DNA of 64,000 nucleotides from a virus. The notes below the pieces were generated by a model. It had not been told where the DNA came from. It did no database searches and was given only the letters and a program-made list of their open reading frames with translations. The first letter of the stretch is position 1, and every line of letters starts with the position of its first letter. The translations under genes and the position numbers were made by a program. Location: the IMG/VR virus record IMGVR_UViG_3300042558_000752, positions 4,014-68,013 of that record. One strand, 5' to 3'. Below are positions 38,440 through 47,923 of this stretch, one piece after another.

Positions 38440-39326
38440 AAATAGTAGAATTTGATATAGTATTTTTAAGTTATGATGAGCCTAATGCAGAATTGCATTA
38501 TGCTGATCTGGTTTCTAAAGCTCCTTGGGCCAAACGTGTTCATGGAGTGAAAGGCAGCGACCATGCACATAAAGCCGCAGCAGAGTTAGTAGAAACGGAA
38601 TGGTTCATAACCGTAGATGCTGATAACATAGTAGATCCTAAGTTCTTTGATCTTGATTTAGATATGAAAGACCCTAAGATTCAAGTCTACGGATGGTGCG
38701 GTCGAAATAAAATAAATGGTCTCAGATACGGCAATGGCGGAATAAAAATCTGGAAGAAAGACTTTGTTCTCAACATGAAGACTCATGAAAATTCAGAAAG
38801 TGATCGAGGCCAAGTAGACTTTTGTTGGGAAGATGGATATCGCAATTTCCCTAGAGTCTACAGCGAAAGCATAATTACAGGAAGCCCATTCCAAGCATGG
38901 AGAGCAGGATTCCGCGAAGGTGTAAAGATGACCTTGCTTGACGGAGTTAAAGTTCCTCCTCAAGAAATTAAACAACGCATCTGGTGGCATAATATTCATA
39001 GACTGCGTATGTGGAGCACTGTTGGAGCTCACGAAGAAAATGGTGAATACGCTATTCTCGGAGCTCGCATGGGAACTTGGATGACTAACTGTACAAACTG
39101 GAATTATGTTGATGTACGTGATTTTGAGATTCTTCGAACTGTGTATGAGAACAATGTTGATCATTCATGCGTAGAACAAGATGCACAGATGTTAGGTGTA
39201 AAAATTAAACAACAACTTGGGCTGGATTGGCCTTGGTTAGATTCTAAACAAAGCAAATATATATTAGACCTGTACGACGAAACTATTAACCTTAACGCAA
39301 CCTATTATCAGCAATGTACGATATAA
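38436..39326 (+). CDS. GT-A (GT2-like) glycosyltransferase-like protein
   Basis: DIVFLSYDEP, VHGVKG...AH.AAA, VDAD, YGNGGIK, AWRAGFRE. Confidence 0.6.
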   Translation: MKIVEFDIVFLSYDEPNAELHYADLVSKAPWAKRVHGVKGSDHAHKAAAELVETEWFITVDADNIVDPKFFDLDLDMKDPKIQVYGWCGRNKINGLRYGNGGIKIWKKDFVLNMKTHENSESDRGQVDFCWEDGYRNFPRVYSESIITGSPFQAWRAGFREGVKMTLLDGVKVPPQEIKQRIWWHNIHRLRMWSTVGAHEENGEYAILGARMGTWMTNCTNWNYVDVRDFEILRTVYENNVDHSCVEQDAQMLGVKIKQQLGLDWPWLDSKQSKYILDLYDETINLNATYYQQCTI

Positions 39327-40012
39327 TTTTTATAAGCTATCAAGAACCCACCGCAGATAAGAATTTCGAAGCACTGTCTAAGAGATTTCCTAGAGCACAA
39401 CGAGTACACGGGATTAAAGGTATACATCAGGCACATATTGTTGCGGCTAAAAATAGTTTTACTAAAATGTTTTGGGTAGTCGATGCTGACGCCGAGATAC
39501 TAGATAGTTTTAATTTTGATCATGTGGTGCCCAAGGAAGATTTAGAATGTGTGCATGTGTGGCGTAGTAAAAATCTTATAAATGGATTAGAATACGGATA
39601 CGGTGGCGTAAAACTTTTACCTAAGGCTCTTACTCAAAATATGGATGTATCTAAGCCCGATATGACCACAAGCATTAGTTCTTTGTTTAAGGCCATGCCA
39701 GAAGTCAGTAACATCACAGCATTTAACACAGATCCCTTTAATACATGGAAAAGTGCTTTTAGAGAATGCTGTAAATTAGCCAGCAGGACCATAGATAGAC
39801 AAGACGATACTGAAACACAACAGCGATTAGATGCGTGGTGTAAACTTAATGATAATGTTCCTTTTGGATTTTATTCTTATCTAGGTGCCGAAGGTGGAAA
39901 ATCTTTCGGAGAGCATAATAAAAATGATCCGCGGACCCTTAAATTAATTAATGATTTTGATTGGTTACAAATACAATTTGATGCAGCTAAGGAAAGAATA
40001 AGTGGACGATAA
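39314..40012 (+). CDS. GT-A (GT2-like) glycosyltransferase-like protein (paralog of the previous gene)
   Basis: DIIFISYQEP, VHGIKG...AH..AA, VDAD, YGYGGVK, WKSAFRE. Confidence 0.6.
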   Translation: MYDIIFISYQEPTADKNFEALSKRFPRAQRVHGIKGIHQAHIVAAKNSFTKMFWVVDADAEILDSFNFDHVVPKEDLECVHVWRSKNLINGLEYGYGGVKLLPKALTQNMDVSKPDMTTSISSLFKAMPEVSNITAFNTDPFNTWKSAFRECCKLASRTIDRQDDTETQQRLDAWCKLNDNVPFGFYSYLGAEGGKSFGEHNKNDPRTLKLINDFDWLQIQFDAAKERISGR

Positions 40013-41369
40013 GGCTAGAATACAAAAGTTCATTCCTATCATGAATGAGATTTCGCCTACGTTCTGTATGGCCAAATGGCACCATACGACTATCTATTTG
40101 CAAACAGGCGAAACACACAGTTGCTATCATCCAGCACCTCATAAAATTCCCTTAGATGAGATTATTATAGATGCAAGTGCGTTACATAATACCAATCAAA
40201 AAAAACACGAACGGTTGGAAATGCTCAACGGTGGAAAACCCAAGGGCTGTAATTACTGCTGGAATATCGAAGCTATGGGTGACGAATACGTTAGCGATCG
40301 TAAAGAACGCAACTCGACAATCTATACAGATCAACGATTTCAGCAGATCAAAGATGGCGATTGGGATCAAAATATTAATCCGCAGTATATCGAAGTTAGT
40401 TTCGGTAATGAATGCAACTTTAAATGCGGATACTGCCATCCTAAACACAGCAGTGCTTACTACAAAGAGATCAAAGATCATGGTCCGTATGATATGGTCA
40501 AGAATCATCGCAATGACATCAACTGGTTTCAAGTTTATGAAGAAGAATCTAATCCATATGTAGAAGCATGGTGGCGTTGGTGGCCTGAGGTTAGTAAGAC
40601 CTTAACTATTTTACGCATAACTGGCGGAGAACCATTATTACAATCTAGTACATGGAAATTGTTAGATGATCTAGCAATCAATCCGTTACCCGAACTTGAA
40701 TTAAACATCAATACAAATTTTGGAGTCAAACCAATCCTAATCGATAGGCTAGTAGAAAAAGTTAATAATTTGATTGCCAACGGTTGTATCAAGGATTTTA
40801 AAATTTTTACCAGTATGGATACTTGGGGAGCTCCTGCAGAATATATTCGTACCGGATTGGATCTAACTGTGTGGGAGCGTAATTTAGATACATACCTAAC
40901 AAAAACACAGTTGCCTATAACATTTATGATAACTTTTAATATACTCACAGTGACTAACTTTCAAAGTCTATTAGAAAAAATCCTAGAATGGCGTGAGAAG
41001 TACAACGGATTTGAACAGAACAAATGGCAGCGAGTGCGCTTTGATACACCCTATTTGAAAGAACCCCTGCAGTACGATATGAATATTCTGCCTAAGGATG
41101 AGTTTATGCCCTACATGATAAGACATCTAGACTTCATTCTAGCCAATCTAGACGATAAAAACCGCAGTAAATTCAACGACTTAGAGTATGCTAAATTTGA
41201 AAGAGTTGTAAAATACATGGAATCAGCTATCTATACCCCAGAAAAGCTGTTAGAAGGCAAACGAGACTTCTTTAATTGGTTTAAGGAATATGACCGCAGA
41301 CGAGGAACGAATTTTCTAGAAACGTTTCCGGCTATGAAAGATTTTTACCAGCAATGTGCGCTGCTCTAA
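40002..41369 (+). CDS. radical SAM enzyme with N-terminal auxiliary Fe-S (SPASM/twitch-like) segment
   Basis: CNFKCGYC (CxxxCxxC), TGGEP, NTN; extra N-terminal cysteines (FCMAKW, SCYH, GCNYC). Confidence 0.85.
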   Translation: MDDKARIQKFIPIMNEISPTFCMAKWHHTTIYLQTGETHSCYHPAPHKIPLDEIIIDASALHNTNQKKHERLEMLNGGKPKGCNYCWNIEAMGDEYVSDRKERNSTIYTDQRFQQIKDGDWDQNINPQYIEVSFGNECNFKCGYCHPKHSSAYYKEIKDHGPYDMVKNHRNDINWFQVYEEESNPYVEAWWRWWPEVSKTLTILRITGGEPLLQSSTWKLLDDLAINPLPELELNINTNFGVKPILIDRLVEKVNNLIANGCIKDFKIFTSMDTWGAPAEYIRTGLDLTVWERNLDTYLTKTQLPITFMITFNILTVTNFQSLLEKILEWREKYNGFEQNKWQRVRFDTPYLKEPLQYDMNILPKDEFMPYMIRHLDFILANLDDKNRSKFNDLEYAKFERVVKYMESAIYTPEKLLEGKRDFFNWFKEYDRRRGTNFLETFPAMKDFYQQCALL

Positions 41370-42441
41370 ATTGTTTGATCTTATCATACAATGTATCATA
41401 CGGTCTGGTAAAGAATAAATTTCTATTATGCTCGAGAATTGGTGTATATTCATCGAATAGTTGTTGAAGTTCTGGAATGGATTTAGACAACACTTTCTCT
41501 ACACTTTTCGCGTACATCTCCCATCTAGCGGTATCATCGTCAACTTGATCATACGTGTAATCAATCCAATCCGGTAAGATAAATCCGTACTCACGTATGT
41601 CCGAGATTAATCCAGAGTATCCATAAGGCAGTATAAAATGCCCTTTAATTAATGGGTCCCAAGTTTTTTCTGTGATCGTTTTTGTGGCGATGCCTGTAGT
41701 TATAGTTTCTATGTAGATACTGACATAGCTGGCATTATAATACCGATTGGCTACCGGTAACCATGTCCCACCCTGTCCGCCTAGAATAGTACTGACCATT
41801 GTTGCCTCTTCGGGTTCTAACGCCAACCCTTTTTGAGGATCGCTGATAAAACCGTTACGAGAGTCTAATAATTTTTTCAGTTGAAGTCTTGCAAGAATTC
41901 TTGGATGATTGATAGTTTTTTCATCATCGTAGTATATCCTATTTGGAGATACAAACTGCTTTAGTTCTCCTTTTTTTTCAATGGCTGTTAACGTATACAT
42001 ATTAGATGTAGTGCCCCAAGTCCACGTTCTTTCATTGAGATTGTGATTGGTATAATCAGTGAAATAACATTTACTACGATTCCATAGTATATCATAAAAA
42101 ATTTGATTTTTATTTTCTCGATTGGAATGAATGATTACTACATTATCAGTTAACTGCCTCCATAATTCGATCTGATAATCGTGTGATTGTTTTATATCTG
42201 TTGCTGTGTCAATGTGAAACAAACTGATAATCACTATGGTCTGATTGGTATAATATGGGCGTATACAATCTATCTGTTTCTGTATTTCTGATATGCCGTA
42301 TTTGGTTAATACTGCTATGACGTCAGCATCACGCATACTATCTGTGAAAGTCCATAGATCTTCTTCTAAATCAAAGGGAAGAAAATGTGCCTGGTAGCTG
42401 GCCATTAATTCATCAATAATGGGACGTCTATAAATTTTCAT
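41332..42441 (-). CDS. putative glycosyltransferase-like protein (GT10-like ET...TEKT motif)
   Basis: IYIET...ITEKTWDPL.KGHF...G...GF...WIDY.YD; paralogous to 43289-44479. Confidence 0.5.
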   Translation of the reverse strand: MKIYRRPIIDELMASYQAHFLPFDLEEDLWTFTDSMRDADVIAVLTKYGISEIQKQIDCIRPYYTNQTIVIISLFHIDTATDIKQSHDYQIELWRQLTDNVVIIHSNRENKNQIFYDILWNRSKCYFTDYTNHNLNERTWTWGTTSNMYTLTAIEKKGELKQFVSPNRIYYDDEKTINHPRILARLQLKKLLDSRNGFISDPQKGLALEPEEATMVSTILGGQGGTWLPVANRYYNASYVSIYIETITTGIATKTITEKTWDPLIKGHFILPYGYSGLISDIREYGFILPDWIDYTYDQVDDDTARWEMYAKSVEKVLSKSIPELQQLFDEYTPILEHNRNLFFTRPYDTLYDKIKQFRAAHIAGKNLS

Positions 42442-43292
42442 ACAATAGTGTGTGGCTCAGCCTGTTTGATCAAACTCTCTTTCAACAACACCTTTAATAC
42501 ATCGTCTGGCAGTTCATATATAGCAAATCTTCTCTTCATTTTTTTAATTTGGCTTTGAATGAAATTGTTTAAATTGGTATTTGAGAGTTGTACTTTTTCT
42601 ATAGTGCTGTTTTTAAACTGATGGGTAGGAAACATCAATTTTAAAAAATCTAAATGGTCCAACGGTGTAGCATGTCCGTCATCGAAGTATGAGTTAAACA
42701 ATAATTTTTGAGGTTTAAATTTATGTAGATGAATGTCATTGTGCCAAAGAATATTGAAAAAGCTCGGCATATCTAAAATTTCTTTATACATGTCGCATAT
42801 CTGTATATAATGATTTCTTACATTATCCGGAACATCGCGTTTCTCATTTAAATCAAAATGATCCTGTAATTCACACATTGAGAAAAAATGATATTGACAG
42901 TTGATATCCTGCAGATATCCGTTTGTTAACGCTATAGTTGCAGCATCTCGTATTAAATATCCCAGAGGGTCGGCCCAGTTCTCAACATAGTCGTTGCTGT
43001 AAATATTTTGTGTGTAGATGTTGCCTGGTGTGGCCCACTGTCCGTTATGCCATTTATCTTCTCTACACACATTGGTCCAGCATACCATAATCAAATCATC
43101 AGGGGTAAATTTATGTACGGCATTGGCCTGTGCAATCATATTAGCGATATATTGATTACCCGCCCCTGATTGTCCGTAGTTATAAAATGGAATATCTAAA
43201 TCCTCTCCTACTATCTCTGGCCAACAGGACCAGAAATACTTAGTGAAACTGCATCCAAATGCAAACAGTCTTTTTACTGGTCTAGTGATCAT
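42438..43292 (-). CDS. SGNH/GDSL-like hydrolase or acyltransferase-like protein
   Basis: FGCSFT (block I), NYGQSGAGN (block II), DDGH (DxxH). Confidence 0.6.
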   Translation of the reverse strand: MITRPVKRLFAFGCSFTKYFWSCWPEIVGEDLDIPFYNYGQSGAGNQYIANMIAQANAVHKFTPDDLIMVCWTNVCREDKWHNGQWATPGNIYTQNIYSNDYVENWADPLGYLIRDAATIALTNGYLQDINCQYHFFSMCELQDHFDLNEKRDVPDNVRNHYIQICDMYKEILDMPSFFNILWHNDIHLHKFKPQKLLFNSYFDDGHATPLDHLDFLKLMFPTHQFKNSTIEKVQLSNTNLNNFIQSQIKKMKRRFAIYELPDDVLKVLLKESLIKQAEPHTIV

Positions 43293-44479
43293 AAAAATAT
43301 ATTTTTAAAAAAATGTTTGAGTTTTATTCTACTGTATGTTTGTTCACACATAGTTTTATAGTTGTGCAACAGTAGTGCAGTATTTTTAAATCTCCACTCG
43401 ATTTGTTGATCTCGAGACATGGAATCTAATTTAGAGCAGGCATCAATCACCGCAAGTAATAGTTTTTTATATCTCAGTATATTATCTGGTTCGGAATCAA
43501 AATCAAGATCAAACCATTCATCGTATATCTGATATCCCAATTCTTTTAACAACTTGTTTGAACCTTGTTGACCGTAGATCACAAAAGGTTGAAGTTGTGA
43601 AATTGGTCTAAAAGTTTTTTCACTGAGAAACAATGCGGTATTGTTATAATTTTCCATTTCGGTTTCGTTTACGATTTGAAAAATAGTTTGGGTATGAATA
43701 TGTTCAAACGGTGTATCGATGGCCCAATTTATTTTAAAATTGGTGTAGTCTATGGTTCTAGGCAAAGTTTTAAACCATCTTTTGATCTGCTTGTCTGAGA
43801 AAGTGTCCAAGGAATGATACTGTTTCCAGGCGTCAACATTTATGTTTCTAGGTATTTTATCATGACTAATTAACCCACGTTGGCTTATTGATTCTTGGCA
43901 CAACAAAAATGTTGCTGTGGTTCTATATTGTCGATTTCGTCTGCTGAGACTTGAAAAATATTTGTCTTGGTAATTAGCCTCTACATTTTTACGAACATCT
44001 GCAACATACTGATTTTTTTCTTTAATGGTAGTCATTACCATTTCAAATGACGGAAATGAAAATACACGCAGAGGTGGTCGGTTATGAACAGCACAATGCT
44101 CCTGCATATTTTTTTCATCTTGCAAGTTTGCAGAAACAAAAATAACCTGTTCGGGGCTTACGCTATATTTTTTACAATTATAGTATAGCATGTCAAAAAA
44201 TGGCTGCTGATAGATTGGACTGAACCCTTCTGTGCTAGCATCGAAGATAAAAAATATTTCTTTTTGTTGTAGTTGCTGGATACATTCTTGTGAAACATAT
44301 TGGAATATATCAGAGTTGTTGTGCCATTTAGGATATTGTAATAGACCATGCACATATCGAAATTTTTTCGGATCGATGCCTTCTTGATTTAAAATTTGGT
44401 CAACTAATATAGTGAAACAGGTGTGGCTGGTGTTGACCAAATAGTCATTGTCTTTGAGAGAATTTAAAATTTTAGGCAT
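43289..44479 (-). CDS. putative glycosyltransferase-like protein (paralog of 41332-42441)
   Basis: IVNET...FLSEKTFRPI..LQPFVIYG...LKELGY..Y..WFD..FD. Confidence 0.5.
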   Translation of the reverse strand: MPKILNSLKDNDYLVNTSHTCFTILVDQILNQEGIDPKKFRYVHGLLQYPKWHNNSDIFQYVSQECIQQLQQKEIFFIFDASTEGFSPIYQQPFFDMLYYNCKKYSVSPEQVIFVSANLQDEKNMQEHCAVHNRPPLRVFSFPSFEMVMTTIKEKNQYVADVRKNVEANYQDKYFSSLSRRNRQYRTTATFLLCQESISQRGLISHDKIPRNINVDAWKQYHSLDTFSDKQIKRWFKTLPRTIDYTNFKINWAIDTPFEHIHTQTIFQIVNETEMENYNNTALFLSEKTFRPISQLQPFVIYGQQGSNKLLKELGYQIYDEWFDLDFDSEPDNILRYKKLLLAVIDACSKLDSMSRDQQIEWRFKNTALLLHNYKTMCEQTYSRIKLKHFFKNIFL

Positions 44480-44491
44480 TAATATATGAGC

Positions 44492-44514
44492 AATAAATAA
44501 TCTGAGTATTTATT
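44492..44514. promoter_or_regulatory. face-to-face pair of putative late promoters forming an 8-bp inverted repeat
   Basis: AATAAATA (44492-44499) and TATTTATT (44507-44514) lie in the 46-bp gap between divergent genes. Confidence 0.6.
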
Positions 44515-44525
44515 AGGAGCATTCA

Positions 44526-45758
44526 ATGCAGATCGGATTTATTGGTTTGGGTAAACTAGGACTACCTTGTGCAGAGGCAATCCTTAAAAAAGGACACGCT
44601 GTTAGCGGCTATGATGTTAGGCTTGTGGATCCTACTATGGTTAACATTTGTAAGACAGTAAAAGAAGTTGTACAAGATAAAGATATTGTTTTCATCGCAG
44701 TGCCAACACCACATGATCTAGAATACGATGGAAGAACACCTACTGCACATCTTTCCCCTAAAGATTTTAACTATAATATAGTAAAAGAATGTCTGATCGA
44801 AGCCAACAAGTACATGACCAAGAATCAATTGTTAGTTCTTATATCCACAGTATTACCAGGTACTACTCGTCGAGAATTTATACAACTGATTTCAAATGCT
44901 AGATTTATTTACAATCCGTATCTTATAGCAATGGGCAGTGTAGCATGGGATATGGTTAATCCTGAAATGGTTATGATCGGCACCGAGGACGGCACCGAAA
45001 CCGGTGATGCAAAACAATTAGTAGAGTTTTACAATTCTATTATGGAAAATAATCCACGCTATGTTATAGGTACCTGGGACGAATGTGAGTGTATCAAAGT
45101 TTTCTATAATACTTTCATCAGTACAAAGATTGGACTAGTTAACATGATACAGGACGTTGCCATGAAGCAAGGTAATATAAATGTAGATGTAGTAACAGCA
45201 GCACTGTCAAACTCGACCATGCGCATCATGGGACCGCAATATATGACCGCCGGAATGGGTGACGGCGGTGGTTGTCATCCTAGAGATAACATTGCCTTGC
45301 GTTACATGGCGCAAGAACTAGACTTAGGATATGATCTATTCGATGCAGTGATGAATGCTAGAGAAATACAGGCTAAAAATCTAGCTAAGTTTCTTGCAAT
45401 AGAATCAGAAAAGGCAGGTAACCTGCCAGTGTACATCCACGGCAAAGCATACAAGCCCGGAGTGGAATATTGTGACGGTAGTTACAGCCTGTTAGTTGGG
45501 CATTATCTAGAACACAATTTTGGGATTACTCCGATGTACATAGATCCGTTAACTGGTGATGATGTAACGGTATCTATTAAAGGGGTGATACTGTTAGCTC
45601 ACAATAAAAAAGTTACCTACGAATATCGTGGGTTTGAAGAAACTCAGAATTTGTATTGCACAATAGAGAAAGGGTCCGTTGTTGTGGACCCTTGGAGAAC
45701 TTTTGTTTCAGACGAACACAAAGTTATTCATTATGGAAATACTAGAAAATATTTTTAG
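44526..45758 (+). CDS. UDP-glucose/GDP-mannose 6-dehydrogenase family protein
   Basis: IGLGKLG Rossmann motif, IAVPTP, STVLPGT, K.FYN.F, GGGCHPRD catalytic Cys motif, AYKP; AGGAG SD. Confidence 0.92.
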   Translation: MQIGFIGLGKLGLPCAEAILKKGHAVSGYDVRLVDPTMVNICKTVKEVVQDKDIVFIAVPTPHDLEYDGRTPTAHLSPKDFNYNIVKECLIEANKYMTKNQLLVLISTVLPGTTRREFIQLISNARFIYNPYLIAMGSVAWDMVNPEMVMIGTEDGTETGDAKQLVEFYNSIMENNPRYVIGTWDECECIKVFYNTFISTKIGLVNMIQDVAMKQGNINVDVVTAALSNSTMRIMGPQYMTAGMGDGGGCHPRDNIALRYMAQELDLGYDLFDAVMNAREIQAKNLAKFLAIESEKAGNLPVYIHGKAYKPGVEYCDGSYSLLVGHYLEHNFGITPMYIDPLTGDDVTVSIKGVILLAHNKKVTYEYRGFEETQNLYCTIEKGSVVVDPWRTFVSDEHKVIHYGNTRKYF

Positions 45759-46047
45759 ATGAATCCGTTATGTCTTTCTTAAGTCTTTCTACATCAACTT
45801 TAAAATCTATTTTTTTGATTTCATCTTTGTATTCTTGAAGTGTACTAATCAACACATCTGCAATTCCTTCAGCAGTTTGTGTATCTAGTTCGTGTTTGAC
45901 GTTGATCTCCCATACTCTACCATCTGTAAAATCTAATCGTACCGAATCTAGATACGCCACAGGCATGGTGTTCATATAAAGATCTTCAAAAACCTCCGGC
46001 CATTCTTTCACAAGATGGCGTGGAGGTTTGAACAAAGGATTAGGCAT
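45742..46047 (-). CDS. hypothetical protein
   Basis: 101-aa ORF at the end of the minus-strand run. Confidence 0.6.
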   Translation of the reverse strand: MPNPLFKPPRHLVKEWPEVFEDLYMNTMPVAYLDSVRLDFTDGRVWEINVKHELDTQTAEGIADVLISTLQEYKDEIKKIDFKVDVERLKKDITDSSKNIF

Positions 46048-46663
46048 CAGCAGTTTCTTCTACCTTTTTGACTTTCTTAACTGTGGGATCGAGATCTTCT
46101 GCTTCTTTACGCAATCTTGCTGCTTCTTTGTACATGGCATCAGCTTGACTGCGATATGATTTTGCTAGATCCTTGTCAGTTAGTGCAGTATCTGACGTGG
46201 CCTGTGCTCTTACTGGCGCAGGGATATCGGAGTCAACTGCGGGTGTTGCCTCTTTAACTTCTGTAGGCGCACCCGCTACAAATGTGCATAAATCATCCAC
46301 AGTACAATTCTTCTGTTCTGCTATCAACGTGTTTAGGTTAGCCAACAGTACAGTATCATTGGTAGTTGGAGTCATCATCACTGAATCTGTAGGCACTTTG
46401 ATCAATCTATTATCGGCCTGCATGGCTCTCAGCATGGGCCTGCCATCCGGAAATGGACGTATGTGCATCATCTCGCCAAACTCAAATGCTTCCTGAGCCT
46501 GATCAGTTTCTACCAATGTCATGATCGAATCATGATATTGATCTGGCAGTTGAGCCACAGGTAATACTAGAGCCATATTTGACTCTCCTGGCAGAGTTCT
46601 AAACACTACCAATACCTTGGCACCTGTGTTTTGAATTCTACCTATGTGTTTTAAGCTTCTCAT
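46040..46663 (-). CDS. hypothetical protein with C-terminal coiled coil
   Basis: 207 aa, AGGA SD, helical C-terminus. Confidence 0.65.
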   Translation of the reverse strand: MRSLKHIGRIQNTGAKVLVVFRTLPGESNMALVLPVAQLPDQYHDSIMTLVETDQAQEAFEFGEMMHIRPFPDGRPMLRAMQADNRLIKVPTDSVMMTPTTNDTVLLANLNTLIAEQKNCTVDDLCTFVAGAPTEVKEATPAVDSDIPAPVRAQATSDTALTDKDLAKSYRSQADAMYKEAARLRKEAEDLDPTVKKVKKVEETADA

Positions 46664-46903
46664 TTAGGCTTCCTTTTTAGATACAGCTTCAAGGAAGGAA
46701 TTTAGTTTGTTGAAACTTTTACCAACTGCTTCCAATTCTGCTGCTTTGAACGCTCCTCTGCTTGTTGCAACTTCGATGATATTTTTCACAGCTAGCAGAT
46801 CGCTGATATTTAAATCAGGACCTTGTGCTGCTGGTGTATCTGTTGCCGCAGGCGCTGCTTCGGCTGGTGTCTCTACGACTTGTTTGTTAACTTCTTCTGA
46901 CAT
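46664..46903 (-). CDS. hypothetical protein
   Basis: Start at ATG 46903 supported by an AAGGAG SD and TAATG overlap; IIEVATSRGAFKA.E segment. Confidence 0.65.
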   Translation of the reverse strand: MSEEVNKQVVETPAEAAPAATDTPAAQGPDLNISDLLAVKNIIEVATSRGAFKAAELEAVGKSFNKLNSFLEAVSKKEA

Positions 46904-47172
46904 TAGTTTCTCCTTAGGTGTGGGCATGCAAGCATGAAATAGGTTAATTCTTTTTGATCTTCGAAACCTACAAAATGTGAAGATCTCAAATTTCCACTCT
47001 TATCCAGAGCAGGCTTTTTACAGATATAATATCTGCCTTTGAGCTTGATCTTGATCCAGTCTTCAATGCCTTCAAATATCTCAGAATCTGTGATATTCAA
47101 TTCAGTGAAATGTGGAGCTACAGTCTTCAGCTTGCGCTGTTGTAGTACGTCCATTGGATTAAGGTCAAACAT
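46903..47172 (-). CDS. hypothetical protein
   Basis: 89 aa, C-terminal VGFED.KE.TYF.L; preceded by a perfect TATAAATA. Confidence 0.65.
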   Translation of the reverse strand: MFDLNPMDVLQQRKLKTVAPHFTELNITDSEIFEGIEDWIKIKLKGRYYICKKPALDKSGNLRSSHFVGFEDQKELTYFMLACPHLRRN

Positions 47173-47180
47173 AGTGAAAA

Positions 47181-47188
47181 TATTTATA
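47181..47188 (-). promoter_or_regulatory. T4-consensus late promoter TATAAATA
   Basis: Exact TATAAATA on the minus strand, intergenic, 8 nt before ATG 47172. Confidence 0.7.
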
Positions 47189-47196
47189 CGGTGGGA

Positions 47197-47595
47197 TTAT
47201 TTGGGGGTGGATTCTTGGCTAAGTCTTTTGCTCATGGCTCTGTTGTGCCCTAGCTTTCTAACATCTCCACTGAGCAGATACAGTTCAAAAGCAGCTTTTT
47301 CTTTCATTACTATGATGTGTTTTTTATTGACAAAAAATGGTGAATCAATATAATTATCTAACCAAAGTAGCACTTGCGGAGTAAATGCAAATTCTTTGGG
47401 AAACTCTATCTTGTAAGTTTTTATTTTAGCATACTCTTCAATGAATTCCAAGGCCTGGTCAGTCAATCTCAATCCTCCTTGTTTTTTATTTCTAAAACTC
47501 CACCACCATAAGGCTTTATAGTCTTTGATATTTTTTTCATTGACGGGTAGTTCTGCTGCCTGTAAGAACGCCTTGGTATAGGCATCTTTGTTCAT
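47197..47595 (-). CDS. hypothetical protein
   Basis: 132-aa ORF in the operon. Confidence 0.6.
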   Translation of the reverse strand: MNKDAYTKAFLQAAELPVNEKNIKDYKALWWWSFRNKKQGGLRLTDQALEFIEEYAKIKTYKIEFPKEFAFTPQVLLWLDNYIDSPFFVNKKHIIVMKEKAAFELYLLSGDVRKLGHNRAMSKRLSQESTPK

Positions 47596-47596
47596 A

Positions 47597-47881
47597 TCAT
47601 TTAATCTCTTCGCCAGAGGTGAGTTTGAAAACTGCGAAGTCTTTGGTCTTAAACAGTCTGTTCAATTTTTTAGCAAGATTGTGTGCGTGACCGGGATTTG
47701 AAAATGAAACTTTTTTATATTTTGGTCCCGGATAGCTGGCTACAAGACTACCGCTTTTGAGATTGAATGGTTGGCCGTTATAGAACACAGCCCAGATAGC
47801 TTCCGAGTCAAGAATCTGCTCAATCTTGTAGGTTTCCTTACTAGCATATTCTAAAAGAATTTTTGGTTTGGGTCTGCTCAT
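47597..47881 (-). CDS. hypothetical protein (MSRPKP... basic protein)
   Basis: 94 aa, YPGPKYKKVSFSNPGHA segment; AGGA SD. Confidence 0.65.
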   Translation of the reverse strand: MSRPKPKILLEYASKETYKIEQILDSEAIWAVFYNGQPFNLKSGSLVASYPGPKYKKVSFSNPGHAHNLAKKLNRLFKTKDFAVFKLTSGEEIK

Positions 47882-47914
47882 ATACGTGTTCCTAATTAAC
47901 CACGTATATATTTA
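47880..47914 (-). promoter_or_regulatory. late promoter TAAATA plus RBS-sequestering hairpin
   Basis: Perfect 9-bp inverted repeat (47880-47888 / 47901-47909) with a 12-nt loop containing AGGA; TAAATA at 47914-47909. Confidence 0.6.
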
Positions 47915-47923
47915 TGTTTTTTT

